A stretch of 64,000 nucleotides of DNA from an uncultured delta proteobacterium (GTDB lineage: Bacteria; Desulfobacterota; Desulfuromonadia; Desulfuromonadales; BM103): assembly GCA_963715335.1 (NCBI GenBank), contig CAVQRZ010000019.1, positions 1-64,000 of the forward strand, written 5' to 3'. The notes under the pieces are model-generated. The model ran no database searches. It was not told the DNA's origin and saw nothing but the letters and a program-made list of their open reading frames with translations. How positions within the stretch are numbered: position 1 is the first letter of the stretch; the number at the start of each line of letters is the position of its first letter. Shown here one piece after another: positions 30,272-40,083 of the stretch. Made by a program: the position numbers and the translations under genes.

Positions 30272-31114
30272 ATGTTCAGCAGCATTAACAGTCGCGCTAT
30301 TGTCCCGGTTGCCTGTGCGGTCACCGGTTTTGTCATCGCCTGCTGTGTGCTTCTGTATACTTTCGTCAAAAGTGATCTCATTACAGGCGAGATTCACCAT
30401 GCCGCGGACCTGGCTGACACCGTGATCAAGTCGACACGTTATGCCATGCTGCATGACGACCGGGAGACCCTGAGCCAGATCATCAACAACATCGGCGATC
30501 AGAAACAGGTTGAGCATGTCCGGATCTTCAACAAGAAGGGGCTGGTCATGTTCTCCCGGGATGGTGCTGAGGTCGACAGTTTCATCGACAAGTCGGCTGC
30601 AGGTTGCAACGGATGCCATGCCGAATCAAAGCCGAAGCGCACACTGGGGACCATGGACCAGGCCCGACAGTTCACCAACCAGGCCGGCAATGATGTGCTG
30701 GCAATCACGGCACCGATCTACAATGAGCCGGAATGTTCCAATGCCGCCTGCCATTTTCACGATGCCGGGCAAAGCCTGCTGGGAACTCTCGATATCGGCG
30801 TCTCACAGGCTCCCCTGAAAAAAACCCTCAGCCAGTTGAAGGGTCGCATGATCATGTTCAGTGGAATGGTCCTGATCCTTACCGTCGGTGCAGTTTGTGC
30901 CTTGCTCTATCGCCAGGTATTTCTGCCGATCAGGCAACTTGTCGACTTTACCGAGAGGTCGCAGGATGATAATCTTGACAGCGGTTTCCCGGAAGTCAGT
31001 GGTGAAGTTGCCAGACTGGCCAATGCTTTTCAGAAAATGACGGCCCGCGTGAAAGAGCTCGAGGAACGTCAGGTCAAAAGCAGAGACGCCTCAGCCAAAA
31101 ACCCACTGCCCTGA
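30272..31114 (+). CDS. Membrane sensor with periplasmic heme-c motifs and HAMP but no output domain
   Basis: AAGGAG RBS; 2 TM; CNGCH and CSNAACHFH; ends about 25 aa after HAMP; homologous to the 22648 kinase sensor region. Confidence 0.8.
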   Translation: MFSSINSRAIVPVACAVTGFVIACCVLLYTFVKSDLITGEIHHAADLADTVIKSTRYAMLHDDRETLSQIINNIGDQKQVEHVRIFNKKGLVMFSRDGAEVDSFIDKSAAGCNGCHAESKPKRTLGTMDQARQFTNQAGNDVLAITAPIYNEPECSNAACHFHDAGQSLLGTLDIGVSQAPLKKTLSQLKGRMIMFSGMVLILTVGAVCALLYRQVFLPIRQLVDFTERSQDDNLDSGFPEVSGEVARLANAFQKMTARVKELEERQVKSRDASAKNPLP

Positions 31115-31161
31115 ATACATCGGAAAATATGCTTCTAACTCCGGGCTGACCGGAGCAGGAG

Positions 31162-31683
31162 ATGATCATGAGCCAGGCGGGGCCACATCCAGGCGGGCAA
31201 GGAATGCCAGGTCGCGAGGATCTGCGGCGCAGGATCGAGATCCGCATCCGCCGTCTGGAAAGGGGGTCGTTGGCCGGACTGTGGTCGATGGTTCTGTTCC
31301 TGTTGGTCAGTCTCGGTGCCTATGACAATTTCTCTTTTCTCCCCGAACTTACTGAAGATTTCCGCAGGATGCTGGGTGCGCCACCTCCCTCGGAGATGAT
31401 CAGCCTGGCCCTGGTGATTTACGCCTTCTCCGGTATCGTCGGAACCCTGGCCCGCATGAGCCGTAACATCAAACCTTTCAGAGGTCTGATGCATACGGCC
31501 TTCTTCACCGCGTTCTATGTTTTCTACTTCCTGTCCGGCGTCCTGCCGGACAACTTCTGGGCGGTTTTCTTTGCCGGTCTCAGCGTCATGGGGCTGGAGA
31601 ATTACTATCTCTGGGCACACAGCAACGAGGCCGTGCAAAGGGAACGGGAACTTCTGGAGAGACTGCGGGGCGGCCAAGGATAA
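31162..31683 (+). CDS. Hypothetical membrane protein (about 4 TM)
   Basis: 173 aa, four hydrophobic segments, AGGAG RBS. Confidence 0.7.
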   Translation: MIMSQAGPHPGGQGMPGREDLRRRIEIRIRRLERGSLAGLWSMVLFLLVSLGAYDNFSFLPELTEDFRRMLGAPPPSEMISLALVIYAFSGIVGTLARMSRNIKPFRGLMHTAFFTAFYVFYFLSGVLPDNFWAVFFAGLSVMGLENYYLWAHSNEAVQRERELLERLRGGQG

Positions 31684-31695
31684 TGGCGTGGCGAT

Positions 31696-32509
31696 TCAGC
31701 TTTTAAGTCTGTCCAGCAGCACCCCGGTACTCCGGTATCCCTCCTCGATCAGCTCAGGAATACGGCTCATATCTCTGCGACTGTAGGACGCGAGTTCCGG
31801 TGCGATGATCAGGTCGGCCTCGCTGGTCTGCGACCGGGTTACGTTGTCTATGGCGATATCAATGGCGTTGGCAAAGACATCGATAATGTCCTGCGGCCGC
31901 TGATAGTGGCGACCCGCACTGAGGTCAACACCGACGATAAACCCGGCACCGGCCTCACGCAATGGCGAGACCGGAACATTTTCGAGCAAGCCGCCATCAG
32001 CCAGAAGTTGTCCCTCAATTTCAACGGGCACGAAAATGCCCGGGATACAGCTGCTGGCCATTACTGCCTGTGAGACATCACCCTTTGCTCAGGGTGACCT
32101 TTGTGCCATGGCTGAGGTCTGTTGCTAGCAGATAGAGAGGTATCCGGGCTTCGGCGATGTCCACGTTGCCCAGCAGTCTTGAGACCTGCCTGCCCAGGTC
32201 ATCATTGCTGAGTATCCCGTATCTGGAGAGGGTGAAGCTGGTTACGTCCAGCCACTCCAACGCGACAACATTCTGTTCGATTTCGTCGGGGCTTTTACCG
32301 AAAGCGTACAGGGCGGCGATCATTGCACCAATGCTGGTGCCGGAGATCCGGTTGATCTTTACCCCATATTCATCAAGAGCTTTGAGCACACCGATGTGCG
32401 CCGCGCCGAGGACAGCGCCACCACCGAGAGCCAGGGAGATCCCTCCCTTGGGCAGGCGGGTGTTTTCCCATAATCTTGCCAGATGTTTCCATGTGGCTGA
32501 AAAATCCAT
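31696..32509 (-). CDS. Patatin-like phospholipase (+1 frameshift near 32082)
   Basis: GGGAVLG, GTSIG, DGG; removing one base from AAAGGGTGA restores KGDVSQAVMASSCIPG. Confidence 0.85.
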
Positions 32510-32884
32510 CAATTCCTTCCTGTGAAATCAACAGCAATAACTTTGCCACCAAACCCATGCACACGGTCATGGGCTCTCACGGTCACCCGGTCGAGGTGAC
32601 CCGGGATTTCCACTCCGGAGAGACTTCTCGTGAAGGGCTGTTCGTTGACGTGGGGATGGTGAAGGACTCTGGTCCCCAGGACGCTGCCGTCGACATCAAT
32701 GATCTCCCAACGGTCGGCATAGTGGTCCCAGCCGGTGTCCCTGGTGCGATACCGTCACCTGGAAGGTGTAGCCGCCCCGACCGGTTGCTTCTACATCAAC
32801 CTTGACGACGTCGGCTTCCCCGGCGAAGACGGCGATGCACTGGCAAATCAGGCATGCAGCGAACAGGCCCAGTTGTCTGACCAT
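32509..32884 (-). CDS. Secreted hypothetical protein (+1 frameshift near 32740)
   Basis: Signal peptide; corrected frame reads VTVSHQDTGWDHYADRWE...RVLHHPHVNEQPFTRSLSG...RAHDRVHGFGG; stop overlaps the patatin ATG. Confidence 0.75.
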
Positions 32885-32899
32885 CCTTTTTGCCTTTCC

Positions 32900-33817
32900 C
32901 TAGCCCGGGGTGCCTGGCATATTGATGCCAAGCGAGTCCGCCTTTACGGCAAATTCGCGCGCCTCGCGCGACGGTTTGCCGTTGTTCGGATCGACCCACC
33001 CCTTTTCAGCCAGCCACGCCTGTGCTCCGACCTGATCTCCGGCGATCAGAATGCGCATCAGCTCAACCTCCAGGCCGGACATGCGCATGGCATTCAACCG
33101 GTAGTCCTTGAAAGCCTCCCAGACAAAGGGAACCCAGCGTGCGACGATCTCTTCGCCGATCAGGGTGGCATACCGGCGGATTTCGTATTGGGCATGCGCA
33201 TCCATCCGCAGGGCCAGAAAGTGCAGCAGATTGTGCAGGTCGATCGACCAGTAGGCCTCGGTGTAGGTGGAGAGAGGCAGGTCCTTGCGGGCCTGCTCCC
33301 GGGCTACGCCACGTTCAATGCGCGCCTGGTAAAGGGCTTTTGCAGAGCGGTGAAAGTCTTCTTCTTCGGCACTCAGTTGCTCACCATCCCGGGGATCGAG
33401 AAAGCCTTCGCTACCCTGCTTGTTCAGAGCCGTCTGCAGACGCCACTCGCCGGGCAGGGTTCCCTGTTGATCGGCAATCGCCTCGGAATAGCGGGTGCTG
33501 TACTCGTTGACCGATGCCGTACGGTGACGGATCCACTGCCGCCAGCAGTCCATCGGTACGCGAATATGCAGCTTCAGCTTGCACATTTCGAAAGGGGTGG
33601 TGTGAGCATTGCGCAGCAGGTAGCGTATCAGGCCACGGTCCTCATGCACCTGTTTCGTTCCGGCCCCGTAGGAGACTCGCGCGGCCTGAACGATGGCCGT
33701 ATCATCACCCATGTAGTCAATGACCCGGATATGGCCATGATCAAGGACCGGAAAAGTCTGGCCGAGGATAGCGTCAAGAGCGGGAACTGCGGCGCGGTTG
33801 ATGTGGGTATCCTTCAT
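32900..33817 (-). CDS. thyX: FAD-dependent thymidylate synthase
   Basis: AARVSY, HTTPFE, RHRTASVNEYSTRY, AREQAR, NLLHFL.LR...HAQYEIR. Confidence 0.95.
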   Translation of the reverse strand: MKDTHINRAAVPALDAILGQTFPVLDHGHIRVIDYMGDDTAIVQAARVSYGAGTKQVHEDRGLIRYLLRNAHTTPFEMCKLKLHIRVPMDCWRQWIRHRTASVNEYSTRYSEAIADQQGTLPGEWRLQTALNKQGSEGFLDPRDGEQLSAEEEDFHRSAKALYQARIERGVAREQARKDLPLSTYTEAYWSIDLHNLLHFLALRMDAHAQYEIRRYATLIGEEIVARWVPFVWEAFKDYRLNAMRMSGLEVELMRILIAGDQVGAQAWLAEKGWVDPNNGKPSREAREFAVKADSLGINMPGTPG

Positions 33818-33974
33818 GTCACGATCCTTTCGGGGGATTCAAGTCTACACCAGGGGCCAGTCTCTTCCTGACCGGCACGAAATGTCAGGCTCATTTCGAC
33901 AAACAACATCTCCAGAATAACAGAACAAGGTCTCTGATAAGAAAGCATTCTCTCATCCTCTCGGGATATCTCCA

Positions 33975-34716
33975 TCAGGCCAGCGCCAGACTGGCAAATT
34001 TCTGTAAAATCGAGTTCGCCTCCGGCGTTTCCCGGATGGCGCTCAACAGTGCAGCGGGTTCCCGCCCGGCACCGGTCAGGCTTTCCGCCTGGGCCAGGAG
34101 GTAATCCCGCATGATGCGGCTGTCATATTCCGGGTGGAACTGGACTCCCCAGGCACAGGGTCCGAGACGGAAGGCGTGATGCGGTTCGAAATCATTTTCG
34201 GCCAAGAGCATGGCACCGGGCGGCAGGGCGAGCACCGACTGGGAGTGGGTGGTGTGTACCGGGAAGTGCTCCGGCAATCCGGAGAAGAGAGGATCCTCAT
34301 CGCAGGCCGCGCGCAGCCGGATATCGAAGGTCCCGACCTCCTTGCCACGCGGATGGTAGTCAACCTGGCCGCCCATGGCGCGGCCGAGCAGTTGATGGCC
34401 GTAGCAGATGCCCAGCAGGGGGACTTGCGCCGCCACGATCGTTTGAATCCAGGCTTCGATGGCCAGACTCCATGGCAGATTGTCCGTTACCATGCAGTGC
34501 GCACCGGTGATGATTGCTCCGCTACAGCTATCGGTTGAGGGGCAATTCGCCACCTTGAGCGGCATTGACCACGCAGATATGCTCACGCTCAATACCCATT
34601 CCACGGATGGTCATTGCTTCGAAGTCGCCATATCTGCTGGCTGTGTCGGCAAAAGTGGAACCGGCCTTGATAATGTAGAGTGTCTTCACTGCTTCTTTGA
34701 GGGATAGGTTGTTCAT
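33975..34716 (-). CDS. Type 1 glutamine amidotransferase (+1 frameshift near 34540)
   Basis: IIKAG...YGDFE; ITGAH; LGICYGHQ; QFHPE; extra C in a CCCC run. Confidence 0.85.
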
Positions 34717-34739
34717 GTGTCAACCGTGTTTTGTTGAGT

Positions 34740-35718
34740 CTAGGAGGCCTTCGGAGTCTCACGGAAGAGAGCCGTGGAGAAATAGCGCTCCATGCGGTCC
34801 GGGAAGACGGTGACGATTTTCAGGGCCGGGTCGAGCTGCCTGGAGACTTCGAGGGCGGCGGCGAAGTTAAGGCCGCTGCTCGGCCCGACGGCAAAGCCCT
34901 TTCTGATCAGGGCCCGGGTCGTCTCCAGGGCCAACTCTTCTTTGATCTCGATTGCAACCATACCTACGAGATCCGCTGACCGCAGAATCCCCGACTGGTT
35001 GTCCATGACCCCTGGTATACAGGTGCTGAAACTGCAGCTGTCGGCCTGCTGAAAACAGCCATTGGCATAGCAGGCCTCTTCACTGACGCAAACCGGCCGG
35101 GCCATGACCGGAACTGCGTTGCAACCGGAATCGCGAAAGCCGTTGTACAGTCCGACCAGCGTACCGCCGGTGCCGACCCCGCTGACCACTGCACCGACCG
35201 TGCGTCCGGGTATCTGCGCCAGGATTTCATTCGCGGTGCCGCGTCGGTGTGCTTCCGCGTTGTCACGGTTTTCAAACTGACGGGGGAGGAAAGCCCCTTC
35301 CGTGCGGGCCAGTTCTTCGGTCAGGGCAATGCAGCCGGGCATGCCTGATTCGGCAGGGCAAAGTCTCACCGTGCCGCCGTAGGCTTTGATCATTTGGATG
35401 CGTTCGTTGCTCACACCGTTCCGGCATGATGGCGACAAATCGCAGGCCCAACTGGGCACAGACCATCGCCATAGCGATGCTGGTCGAGCCGCTTGAAGCT
35501 TCGCAGACCAGTGACCCAGGTCCGATAACCCCCTCACGCCATGCCTTGGAAAGGATGTATGCCGCGATACGGTCCTTGGTGGAACCCGACGGGTTAAGGT
35601 ACTCGAGTTTGCACCAGATCCGCGGTTGGTCAGATTCAAGTTGCACCGCCTGCAGTGGCGTCGGAGCCACTGACTCGACCAGGCGGCTGAGAGTCGGAAG
35701 TTCAGGTTGACTAGCCAT
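34740..35718 (-). CDS. PLP-dependent cysteine synthase family protein (+1 frameshift near 35418)
   Basis: KLEYLNPSGSTKDR, EASSGST, GVGTGGT, VGPSSG, FPDRMERY; extra C in GAA-C-GGT. Confidence 0.85.
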
Positions 35719-35732
35719 AAGCACTCATCAGG

Positions 35733-36192
35733 TCAGTTCGGGAGCAGAAACTCAGAACTGAAATTGAAGCGGTAGATTTCGAAGGAGTCACCTCTTTCAA
35801 GCAGGTTGAGATTGATTTCGGCATCAGCGTTTTCGTATTTCGCAGCAATCGTGTATTCGAGAATGGTTTGCTTGCCGATCTCGGTTTCCTGGTCGAGGTG
35901 GGCCTTTTTGAACTTCGGTTCGTCGATGCTTTGCAGGGCACCCAACTTGGAGAAAAAAAGCATGCCCCGGATAAATTTTTCATCCGGTATGGCTGCGACG
36001 ACCTCAGGGATCATAAGCGCCTTGGCTGTCTCGGGGTCCCATTTCGAAATCTCCGGGATGACTCTCCTGGATATAGGGGATCGCCGTCTTGTCAAATTCA
36101 GCGCCCTGGTAGCTCTTGTAAATCTCGAGACCGCCTACTAAAGAAGCGATGCTGACGGCCCAAACTGCGATTAACACAAAATACTTTTTCAC
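35733..36192 (-). CDS. Membrane-anchored hypothetical protein (+1 frameshift near 36066)
   Basis: N-terminal TM ORF joins the downstream ORF (..PYIQ/RVIPEISKWD..) on removing one G. Confidence 0.7.
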
Positions 36193-36240
36193 AAATTGCC
36201 TTTCATTTGCGGTTTATTTTTTTAAGACAAGGGAAGAGTG

Positions 36241-36574
36241 CTACTGGTCAGCGAGTACCAGCTGCGCACCGAAACCGAGAGAAACGATCCCGGTCGCCCA
36301 GCGTATGGCCTTTTGTGCTTTGCCGGAGTTCTTCAGCCTGCGTGATATCCCGCTGCTGAAAAAAATCAGGTGGGTATGAACAATGCCGGCAACCAGGGCG
36401 TGCATGGCACCCATGGCAGAGGATCTCGGCGGAGTTGCCAAGGTTGCTGATCATACCGTATTTCCTGCCGTGCCCGAGCGTGGTCGATATGGTGTATACC
36501 CAGCTGGGTCCGGGAGACAATGCGATCATTAAGCACACGGTAAGAAAACCCAGGTAAGGTGCGACGTTGCTCAT
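36241..36574 (-). pseudogene. LysE/RhtB-family exporter with internal deletion
   Basis: N-terminal ALSPGP..GRKYG and C-terminal IRWATGIVSLGFGAQL lie in different frames; total about 110 codons versus about 200 typical. Confidence 0.7.
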
Positions 36575-36810
36575 AGAGGCCTCATTACGCTAAAATTCCC
36601 GGGAAGGGTATCATTTTAAATATCGAGACACCATACTTAATTGTTGCGGGCTCCTCAATATCGATGCCCGGACTGGAAAAGACGACGATCCGGCTTTCTG
36701 CCTTTTTCATCTCAGCCCGAATAGGTTTTCCAAGACGATGGCGAAACAAGTATACTGTTGCAGAATCGGAGCTAAAATGACGGGCACACCCAACCGTTCA
36801 GGGGAATAAA

Positions 36811-37389
36811 ATGGCGAGACAGTTAAAACCGGTCAAAGTGGACAAGCTGGTCCCGAAGAAGCCTTATGGCCTGGTGGTCGTGATCACCGGCAATGGCAAG
36901 GGCAAGACAACCAGCGCCATGGGTATGGTCCTCAGGGCCAGCGGTTATGGCATGAAAATCTGCATCATCCAGTTCATGAAGGGGGACCTTTATTCCGGGG
37001 AATGGGATGGTGTGAAGCTGCTTGGCGAGCGGGTGGAGATGCACACCACCGGAATGGGCTTCTGCGGTATCCAGGGCAACCCCTACAGCCGTGAAGAACA
37101 CCGCGCCAACGCCCAGGCCGCAATTGAGCTTGCCATGGACAAGATCAAGAGCGGTGATTACGATATTGTCATTTTGGATGAAATCAATAATGCCCTGAAA
37201 CTGAAGCTGGTCGATCTCGACCAGGTTCTGGGCCTGGTGAAGAGCAAGCCGGTGTTGATGCACATGGTTTTGACCGGGCGCGACGCCCATCCCGATCTCG
37301 TGGACATGGCCGACACGGTCAGCGAAGTCTGTGAAATCAAACACGCCTACCGTAAAGACATCGAACCGCAGCCGGGGATTGATTACTGA
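36811..37389 (+). CDS. cobO: Cob(I)yrinic acid a,c-diamide adenosyltransferase
   Basis: TGNGKGKTTSA, IQFMKG, ILDEIN, LTGR, KHAY..GIDY. Confidence 0.93.
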   Translation: MARQLKPVKVDKLVPKKPYGLVVVITGNGKGKTTSAMGMVLRASGYGMKICIIQFMKGDLYSGEWDGVKLLGERVEMHTTGMGFCGIQGNPYSREEHRANAQAAIELAMDKIKSGDYDIVILDEINNALKLKLVDLDQVLGLVKSKPVLMHMVLTGRDAHPDLVDMADTVSEVCEIKHAYRKDIEPQPGIDY

Positions 37390-37453
37390 GTCAGGGCTTG
37401 CCGCGGGATTGCTGTCGCCGCACCGGAGGGGCGGGGGGAAAAGGGCGGACCGA

Positions 37454-37879
37454 TTATCGCCAACCGATCGGCTGGTAGCCTTTGTCGAGCAGGCACTGGT
37501 CAACGAAGCGTTTATATATTTGCGTTGGCTCCGAGGCGTCGAACGCACCGCTGACCAGGGTTGCCGTAGCCGCTCCCGCGCCACCGATCGCAGCTCCTTG
37601 GCCGACGCTTGTGCCTGAAGAAATCGCTCCGACAACCGCTCCCGTGGACGCTCCGACCGCACCGGCTTTGGCTGTGCTTTTGGCGACGTCTTCGCTCCTG
37701 TTGGCGTTGGCTCCGCTGGCTTCGGCCGCACGCATGCACGCATTGATGTCCGCGTCGGCCTGCTGCTGCCCGACCCTGTTCAGGTGGGCGTTCGGGTAGA
37801 GGACCGGTCGCCTCGCGCTGGAACAGCTGGAAAGAGCCAGCAACACGGCCAGGATCATGATGCTATAGGTTGTTTTCAT
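37454..37879 (-). CDS. Glycine-zipper lipoprotein
   Basis: Lipobox LSSC; GAVGASTGAVVGAI...GAAIGGAG; CLLDKGY. Confidence 0.8.
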   Translation of the reverse strand: MKTTYSIMILAVLLALSSCSSARRPVLYPNAHLNRVGQQQADADINACMRAAEASGANANRSEDVAKSTAKAGAVGASTGAVVGAISSGTSVGQGAAIGGAGAATATLVSGAFDASEPTQIYKRFVDQCLLDKGYQPIGWR

Positions 37880-37981
37880 TGCGTTCCCCGTAAGCTTGAT
37901 TCGCTGCCTTTGACATGTCCATCGTATCGCATCGTGATTCCCGGAACAACGCCTAGTTCGGGATCGTTTGACTCGATATGA

Positions 37982-38980
37982 TTACCTCAGGTCGGGGAGT
38001 CCGACAAAGCTGCCGTTGTTGTCCTCTGCCAACCGCCGCATCAGGGCCGCGAAACGGGCGGCGTTTTGTCCCGCTCCAGGCTGGGCCAGTAGCACTGGGA
38101 AGCCGACGGTGTGGATGCGTACCCGGCTGTCCCTGCCGTTGCCTGCCGCATTCTTCTTGCGGATCGTGTCGATCACATTCTGCATGAGCCCACCGGAAAA
38201 GTCGTCACCGAAAACATAGAGGCTGATCTTTTTGTCTGGCGCGTAGAAGCGCCCGATTGCCATGGTAATCCCTTCGACCGGGCTGGAGTTGGAGAAAGGC
38301 GCCCAGGTGGAAAGGCGTTCCAAAATCGCCCGGCGGCGGGCGTTCGAGTCCGGAATCCAGTTCCCGGCATACTGGGAGAACATGTAGTCGCCCATATCGT
38401 TGAGCACCTGTATCCCTTTGACCCGCGGGTAGATATCCAGAATTTCCTTCATCTTCTGACGGACCAGCGGCCAGGCGAAACGCTGCATGCTGCCGGAGGT
38501 GTCGATGACGAAGATAATGTATTCACTGTCTACCGGGATGCCGCCGATGACGGCGTCCTCTTTCGGCCTCTGGTATGCGGAATTCAGCCGGCGCATCTCA
38601 TCGGTCAGTTCCTGTTTGGCACTTTCCAGTTTGTCCGCGATGACACTCTGGGCTTCGGAAGCTCTGCTGTCGAGACGATATTCTCCCTCGATGCTGGTCA
38701 GGGCGCCCTGCAGGCGAGCCAGCTTTTCCTTGTGCTGGGAAAGCTGCTCCTGCTTGGCGATCAGGTGTCGGTTGAGAATCTGGGTATCACCACGGATTTC
38801 GTGAAGTTCCTCCTCGAGCCTGATCACCAGGCCGGAGAGATCGGTGCTGGTCTGTTCGATGACCCGTGGCTCGGAGATCTTCGAGATGACCAGTAACAGG
38901 ATTATGGCGCCGAAGCCACAGGAGATCACGTCAAGGAAGGAGAGGTTGAAAACCTCGAACTGGCGGCGTCGTCTGCTCAT
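37982..38980 (-). CDS. VWA-domain protein with ExbD/TolR-like N-terminal TM and coiled coil
   Basis: RRRR..FNLSFLDVISCGFGAIILLLVI; heptad-rich middle; MIDAS DTSGS. Confidence 0.85.
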   Translation of the reverse strand: MSRRRRQFEVFNLSFLDVISCGFGAIILLLVISKISEPRVIEQTSTDLSGLVIRLEEELHEIRGDTQILNRHLIAKQEQLSQHKEKLARLQGALTSIEGEYRLDSRASEAQSVIADKLESAKQELTDEMRRLNSAYQRPKEDAVIGGIPVDSEYIIFVIDTSGSMQRFAWPLVRQKMKEILDIYPRVKGIQVLNDMGDYMFSQYAGNWIPDSNARRRAILERLSTWAPFSNSSPVEGITMAIGRFYAPDKKISLYVFGDDFSGGLMQNVIDTIRKKNAAGNGRDSRVRIHTVGFPVLLAQPGAGQNAARFAALMRRLAEDNNGSFVGLPDLR

Positions 38981-40074
38981 GGCCAGTCCCTCGTCGGGGT
39001 CAGGAAGGAGCCTTTGGTTTCGATGGCCAGTTGCCAGAAGGAGACGGCGGCCATCGGATCGCCTTCCATGGGAAAGAGGATGGTGTTCACCGGCACAGCC
39101 TTTGGCAGTTTCGTCACGGCCTGGTGGAACAGGCTCAACCGCTCTCCCCCCGAAATCGTTGTTTGGCCCGACTCGCGTTCACCCTGAGTCGGCAGACCAT
39201 CGGTGAGCAGCAGGATATTGTCGGGCCGCGGTCCCATGTGAGCGACCGCAGAGAAGGCATTGAAGAGGCTGGTTCCGCCTTGCGGGATGGTTTGATTGAG
39301 GGCTGCGAGCATGCGGTTGACGTTGGACGTGTCCGTGCCGTCAACCCATTTCCCCTGCAGGTTGGCCACCACCGGGACGGCCTTGGTGTTGAACGTGTAA
39401 ATTTGCAGGGCACTGTCAGGCGGCAGGTTGGCGACGAGCCATTCAACCGTCCTGATGGTGCGCCTCCATTTCGGCGAGTCCCTGCGGGATCGTTCGTCGA
39501 GGTTGCGGCGGATGATGATGTTGACGATCGTTTCATCAAGCATGCTGGCCGAAGCGTCGACCAGCAGCAGGACCCGCTTGCCGCCGAGGCGCAATCCGGT
39601 CAGGTACTGCCGGTCACCCTGGCCGACAAATTCACGGACTTGCGCGCCTTTGGCCAGTTGCGTCTGCTGGTCCGCGCCGATCCGGCTGACCTTCTCGTCG
39701 AGGTTGAGCAGGTCAGACTGGAGGGTATTGATATGCGCTTTCGAGGCCTGGCTTTTGCCCTGCAGGGTAGCCAGTTCGACCTTGGTCTGCTCGATCCTGG
39801 CGATGACTTCCCTGGACAACCCTTCGGTCCGGACTATCTCCGCCTCGGTTTCAATCATGCTGTTCTGCAGGCTGACCAGGAGCTCTTCGCCGGCCCGCAC
39901 TTCGCGCTCCATGCGGGTTACTTCACTGCGCAGGTCGGCGACGATCTCCTTCCTGGTTGTGAGCATGTCGCCGTTCAGCAACATCACCAGCAGGACGACG
40001 GCGCCGAAGCCGCAGCACATGATGTCGAGGAAAGACAGGTTGAACTCTGAATTACTTCGCCTGTTTTTGGGCAC
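38977..40074 (-). CDS. VWA-domain protein with ExbD/TolR-like N-terminal TM and coiled coil (paralog)
   Basis: FNLSFLDIMCCGFGAVVLLVMLL; MIDAS DASAS, GGTS, LLTDG. Confidence 0.85.
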   Translation of the reverse strand: MPKNRRSNSEFNLSFLDIMCCGFGAVVLLVMLLNGDMLTTRKEIVADLRSEVTRMEREVRAGEELLVSLQNSMIETEAEIVRTEGLSREVIARIEQTKVELATLQGKSQASKAHINTLQSDLLNLDEKVSRIGADQQTQLAKGAQVREFVGQGDRQYLTGLRLGGKRVLLLVDASASMLDETIVNIIIRRNLDERSRRDSPKWRRTIRTVEWLVANLPPDSALQIYTFNTKAVPVVANLQGKWVDGTDTSNVNRMLAALNQTIPQGGTSLFNAFSAVAHMGPRPDNILLLTDGLPTQGERESGQTTISGGERLSLFHQAVTKLPKAVPVNTILFPMEGDPMAAVSFWQLAIETKGSFLTPTRDWP

Positions 40075-40083
40075 GGGGCGACC

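Noticed and set aside
32735..33871. 378-aa + strand ORF and similar long antisense ORFs (39031-40050, 52863-53696, 55867-56727, 60259-61170)
   Set aside because: Shadow ORFs opposite well-supported genes in GC-rich DNA, with no recognisable motifs
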